A stretch of DNA of 63,351 bases, from positions 62,001-125,351 of the IMG/VR virus record IMGVR_UViG_2718217648_000002; one strand, given 5' to 3'. Below the pieces are notes generated by a model. The model had not been told where the DNA came from, made no database searches, and saw only the letters and a program-made list of their open reading frames with translations. Position 1 is the first letter of the stretch, and each line of letters opens with the position of its first letter. This DNA is from an uncultured virus (IMG/VR IMGVR_UViG_2718217648_000002). Its lineage: Duplodnaviria; Heunggongvirae; Uroviricota; Caudoviricetes. This document shows positions 60,414-63,351 of this stretch, one piece after another. A program made the translations under genes and the position numbers.

Positions 60414-60479
60414 ACATTAGATAAAATCGGTCATTTATTTAGAGTAAAAATAAAATTAGATGATTAGAGGTGGAGAGTA

Positions 60480-60665
60480 ATAACTGAGTACATTAAGAAC
60501 ATTCAAATACTGTTCAACAAAATGGAAAGACAAATGGGTACGGTGAAAGAAGCTCTCGAGAACAAAGAATACGAAAGAGCCCACCGTAACCTAATCAACC
60601 TTTCGGATAATAATGAAGAATTGATGCAGGAAATCAGATGGGCTCGGAAAGGGATTAAGATTTAA
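60480..60665 (+). CDS. 61-aa protein (YotK position) with ATA start
   Basis: GAGGTGGAG RBS then ITEYIKNIQILFNKMERQ...KGIKI. Confidence 0.55.
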   Translation: MTEYIKNIQILFNKMERQMGTVKEALENKEYERAHRNLINLSDNNEELMQEIRWARKGIKI

Positions 60666-60912
60666 CTTTTCTTCTTTCTTCGTGGTTCCATTCGTACAGC
60701 TCTTCAATTGAGCAACCAATGGCATCAGCAAAAGTCATGCCAGTAGCTAAGTTCATATTTGCTTTAGCTCCACTTATATAATCGTGGATACGTTGTCTGG
60801 GGTATCCTGTACGTTTGAAAAGGTCATCAACTGTGAGGTCATATTCAAACATTAATTCATTTAAACGAGGGCGCAGGGGTGTCCATTGCTTCATTTCGAA
60901 CACTTCTTTCAA
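60655..60912 (-). CDS. yotL: XRE HTH regulator (YotL-like)
   Basis: LFKRTGYPRQRIHDYISG...IGCSIEELYEW; paralogue of yopS. Confidence 0.75.
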   Translation of the reverse strand: MKEVFEMKQWTPLRPRLNELMFEYDLTVDDLFKRTGYPRQRIHDYISGAKANMNLATGMTFADAIGCSIEELYEWNHEERRKVKS

Positions 60913-60991
60913 TATTAATTAACATAAAACAGTGTAGCAAAGGTTTATTCTAATTTCAATTTTAGTTTCAATATTTTAGGAGAGTGATTGA

Positions 60992-61546
60992 TTGGGAGGT
61001 ACAAACCAAGGCAAGGTTTTTGAAGCAAATATAGAAAAATCAGCTGCAGGTCAAAAGCTGTTCTTCTATAGAATTAAAGATGTTAATCCAGTGTTTTTAA
61101 AAAGGGGAGCTGCAGTATCAAAAAACAAATATGATTGCTTCTTGCACTTTAAGGGGTACTTATTCCCATTAGAGCTTAAATCAACAAAGGATAAGTCTAT
61201 TGCCTTTCAAGAGAAGATTATAAAGCCGCAGCAGATAAAACACTTAAAAGAGGCTACGCAATATCCAAACGTAATCCCTGGGTTTCTATTTCAATTTAGA
61301 GAGCCGGAAAATAAAGTTTATTTCGTACATATTAATGATTTCCTTACATATAAGAACATAGCTGAAAAACAATTGAAACATACATATAAGAATAAAGTAA
61401 ACAAAGCCAGCATTCCAATTGCAATTTGTGAAGAGATCGGCACAGAAGTCCGTTCGATGAAGAAAAAAGTTAACTATACATATTACTTGAATAAGCTTTG
61501 CGATGATTTGATTAAAAAAGAACAGCAGAGTGTGAGCGCTGTATGA
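60992..61546 (+). CDS. yotM: RecU-like Holliday junction resolvase
   Basis: NQGKVFE, YDC, ELKST, IKPQQ. Confidence 0.8.
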   Translation: MGGTNQGKVFEANIEKSAAGQKLFFYRIKDVNPVFLKRGAAVSKNKYDCFLHFKGYLFPLELKSTKDKSIAFQEKIIKPQQIKHLKEATQYPNVIPGFLFQFREPENKVYFVHINDFLTYKNIAEKQLKHTYKNKVNKASIPIAICEEIGTEVRSMKKKVNYTYYLNKLCDDLIKKEQQSVSAV

Positions 61547-61707
61547 GTGAATTCGTTAAATCATCTTCAAAGCAATCGTTTGAAATAGAAAAATATCATA
61601 TAACGATTGAAAGCATAAATCAACCATCAGCTGAAGCAATTAAGAAAGTCAACCTAAAAGTGAATGAAGTAATGTCTAATTTATTAGCAAAAGAAAAGAG
61701 CCATTAA
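61543..61707 (+). CDS. 54-aa terminal protein, positional candidate recombination directionality factor (SprB position)
   Basis: ATGA overlap with yotM; last phage gene before att. Confidence 0.55.
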   Translation: MSEFVKSSSKQSFEIEKYHITIESINQPSAEAIKKVNLKVNEVMSNLLAKEKSH

Positions 61708-61722
61708 GCCGGCTCTTTTTTT
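61694..61722 (+). terminator. Terminator at prophage end
   Basis: AAAAGAGCC...GGCTCTTTTTTT. Confidence 0.8.
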
Positions 61723-61724
61723 GT

Positions 61725-61752
61725 TGTACTTAAACTATAATACTTGTGACGA
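61725..61752. other. Prophage-host junction (att site)
   Basis: AT-rich phage end joins TTGTGACGATTATCGGG, the V-T-I-I-G codons of PbuX; exact core not resolvable without the other end. Confidence 0.75.
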
Positions 61753-62663
61753 TTATCGGGATGACCTTAATGCCGGTCGCGATGAATCATATTGCCGGCG
61801 GGGAAGGCAGCAAGGATTTCGGTGATCCGGCTAACCTTGCCCTCGGATTTACGGTGCTTGTCATCATCGTGCTGCTTTATCGGTTTACAAAAGGATTTTT
61901 GAAATCCATTTCAATTTTAATCGGCATTGTCATCGGGACGGCCATCGCATATTTTATGGGAAAAGTGCAATTTGACAATGTGGCGAATGCTGACGCCATT
62001 CAAATGATTAAACCGTTTTATTTCGGGACGCCGACATTTCATGCGGCACCGATTATTACGATGTCAATCGTTGCCATTGTCAGCCTTGTTGAATCAACCG
62101 GCGTCTATTTCGCTCTCGGTGACCTGACAAACAGGCGCCTGTCTGAACGTGATTTAGCAAAAGGCTACCGCGCGGAAGGTCTGGCGGTGTTCATCAGCGG
62201 CATTTTCAATGCTTTTCCGTATACGGCCTATTCCCAAAACGTCGGCCTCGTGCAGCTGACGGGGATTAAGAAAAACGCGGTCATCGGTGTCACGGGCGCA
62301 CTTTTAATGCTATTCGGCCTTTTTCCGAAAATCGCAGCCTTCACGACCATCATCCCGTCTTCAGTACTGGGAGGCGCGATGGTGGCCATGTTCGGCATGG
62401 TCATTTCCTACGGCATTAAAATGCTCAGTCAAATTGACTTTAAAAAGCAGGAAAATCTTCTGATCGTCGCGTGTTCGGTCGGATTGGGACTCGGTGTAAC
62501 TGTCGTTCCCGATATGTTTAAGCACCTGCCGTCTTACTTAAATCTGCTGACCACAAACGGAATCGTCGCCGGAAGCTTTACCGCCGTCCTTTTGAATATT
62601 GTTTATAATATGATTCCTAAAACGAAAAAAACCCTTGATGTGACAAGGGTTCAAGAGGGTTAG
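61746..62663 (+). pseudogene. pbuX: 3' part of xanthine permease interrupted by prophage
   Basis: NAT/NCS2 signature (YSQNVGLVQLTG), ESTG; begins mid-protein at VTIIG with no RBS. Confidence 0.9.
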
Positions 62664-62724
62664 TTATCCGTTTTTCTTAAAAAAATAACATTTTAATAAC
62701 ATTTCTTTATGAAATCCCGAGATC

Positions 62725-62777
62725 GAGGATGCTTCCGAAAGTTTGCTGAACTTTTTGTGAGGCATCCTCTTTTTTTA
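62725..62777 (+). terminator. Host terminator after pbuX
   Basis: GAGGATGCTT...AGGCATCCTC-TTTTTTT. Confidence 0.7.
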
Positions 62778-63075
62778 TTAGTTTCATTGTTTGAAAAGAA
62801 ATAAATTGAGTGATGCGGCATCCGCCTTATTTCGCCGAACAACCGTCCCGAACTATATGTACGTGAACATATGACTGAATGTAAGAAAAAAAGGAGAATG
62901 GGGGATCATATCATAAACGAATATCATTGTTCGGACGGTGATGACACGAAACTTGGTTTAGACATGGAATGAAATGCCTGATGCCGAAGTGCAACTGCAG
63001 AATGGGCGCTGAGGGGGAGTGTCTTGTGCACGGATCCTTACAAAAGAGAGTGAAAAGAAGGGGAAGCCCCTTCTT

Positions 63076-63351
63076 TTAATTAATCCATCCTTCAAAAGTT
63101 GCGCGATAGAACCCTTCGATTATCTCTACTTTCTTAAGGTAATAAGTAACACCATTTTTAACAGTTGTATTTGGGATATCCCATCTATGAAGGTAATCCA
63201 TTGTAAAAGAATCTTTGATCGCTTGTGTCGAAATTTTTGTTTCAGTTGAGTCGCTATTTGTATTGCCAGGGCTGGATGCAAAAGCAGGGGAAGCGGAAAC
63301 GAGTAAAGCGAGAGACAAGGCAGAACCAGTTAAAACTTTTTTCAATTTCAT
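63076..63351 (-). CDS. LCI-family secreted antimicrobial peptide precursor (host)
   Basis: Signal MKLKKVLTGSALSLALLVSASPAFA nearly matches the Bacillus LCI leader; aromatic beta-rich C-domain; terminator about 63055-63077. Confidence 0.7.
   Translation of the reverse strand: MKLKKVLTGSALSLALLVSASPAFASSPGNTNSDSTETKISTQAIKDSFTMDYLHRWDIPNTTVKNGVTYYLKKVEIIEGFYRATFEGWIN

Larger units (their letters stand above)
1357..60437. repeat. Dispersed palindromic junction motif TRAAA-N6-TTTYA (about 26 copies at gene junctions)
   Basis: Perfect TAAAA-N6-TTTTA at 1357, 8941, 10301, 12555, 13539, 15858, 16740, 20862, 22941, 25605, 38088, 38682, 38992, 39706, 39993, 41046, 43069, 52073, 56956; one-mismatch at 14532, 22530, 42734, 45140, 58581, 58827, 60422. 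Confidence 0.85.
1403..60456 (+). repeat. Dispersed GRRTAAAAATAAAAT motif (probably SPBRE repressor operator)
   Basis: Copies at 1403, 3146, 3446, 7426, 8642, 8932, 14890, 17696, 20881, 26651, 27089, 35485, 35827, 39010, 39723, 39984, 45873, 55064, 55154, 60442. Confidence 0.85.
1..61743. mobile_element. SPbeta/phi3T-like prophage (partial; other end outside window) integrated in pbuX
   Basis: Gene order aimR-aimP-aimX-yopPQR...ligB-yoqW-yoqZ-yorA...nrdIEF...sspC-yotB...yotM follows SPbeta; AT-rich DNA switches abruptly to GC-richer truncated pbuX at about 61744. Confidence 0.95.

Noticed and set aside
1357..60437. Junction or SPBRE repeats as a CRISPR array or IS ends
   Set aside because: Dispersed, separated by whole genes; no cas operon or transposase. 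The Cas4-like nuclease sits in the replication operon.
61746..62663. Complete 305-aa permease gene
   Set aside because: Starts mid-domain with no RBS; it is the 3' fragment of pbuX.
63019..63249. Plus-strand 76-aa ORF
   Set aside because: Antisense to the LCI-like gene and crosses its terminator.

Overview
Almost the whole window (1 to about 61743) is the early/regulatory half and one end of an SPbeta/phi3T-like (Spbetavirus-type) Bacillus prophage. It is integrated in the xanthine permease gene pbuX, whose 3' part starts at about 61744, followed by higher-GC host DNA and an LCI-like peptide gene. Recognisable content: a phi3T-type arbitrium locus (aimR, aimP with mature peptide SPSRGA, protein-coding aimX), the sro/yopP-Q-R operon, many small accessory genes, a Pnkp-RNA ligase fusion, ligB/yoqW, a replication block with a family-B polymerase, yosL-nrdI-nrdE(intein)-nrdF, thyA-dfr, sspC and a RecU-like resolvase. 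Two signals look undescribed to me. (1) Four RBS-equipped micro-ORFs without signal peptides encode non-self arbitrium/RRNPP-like peptides (MSIGHGA, MPVVLYGFGRGA, MGVRVGG, MSINSIGG); these are candidate cytoplasmic signal mimics aimed at competing elements. (2) About 26 palindromic TRAAA-N6-TTTYA-type sites with all-different spacers sit at accessory-gene junctions, in a genome that also encodes a catalytically intact-looking tyrosine recombinase (YopP/SroD); this suggests an integron-like cassette system. All calls come from reading the sequence and recalling known families; no database search was run.
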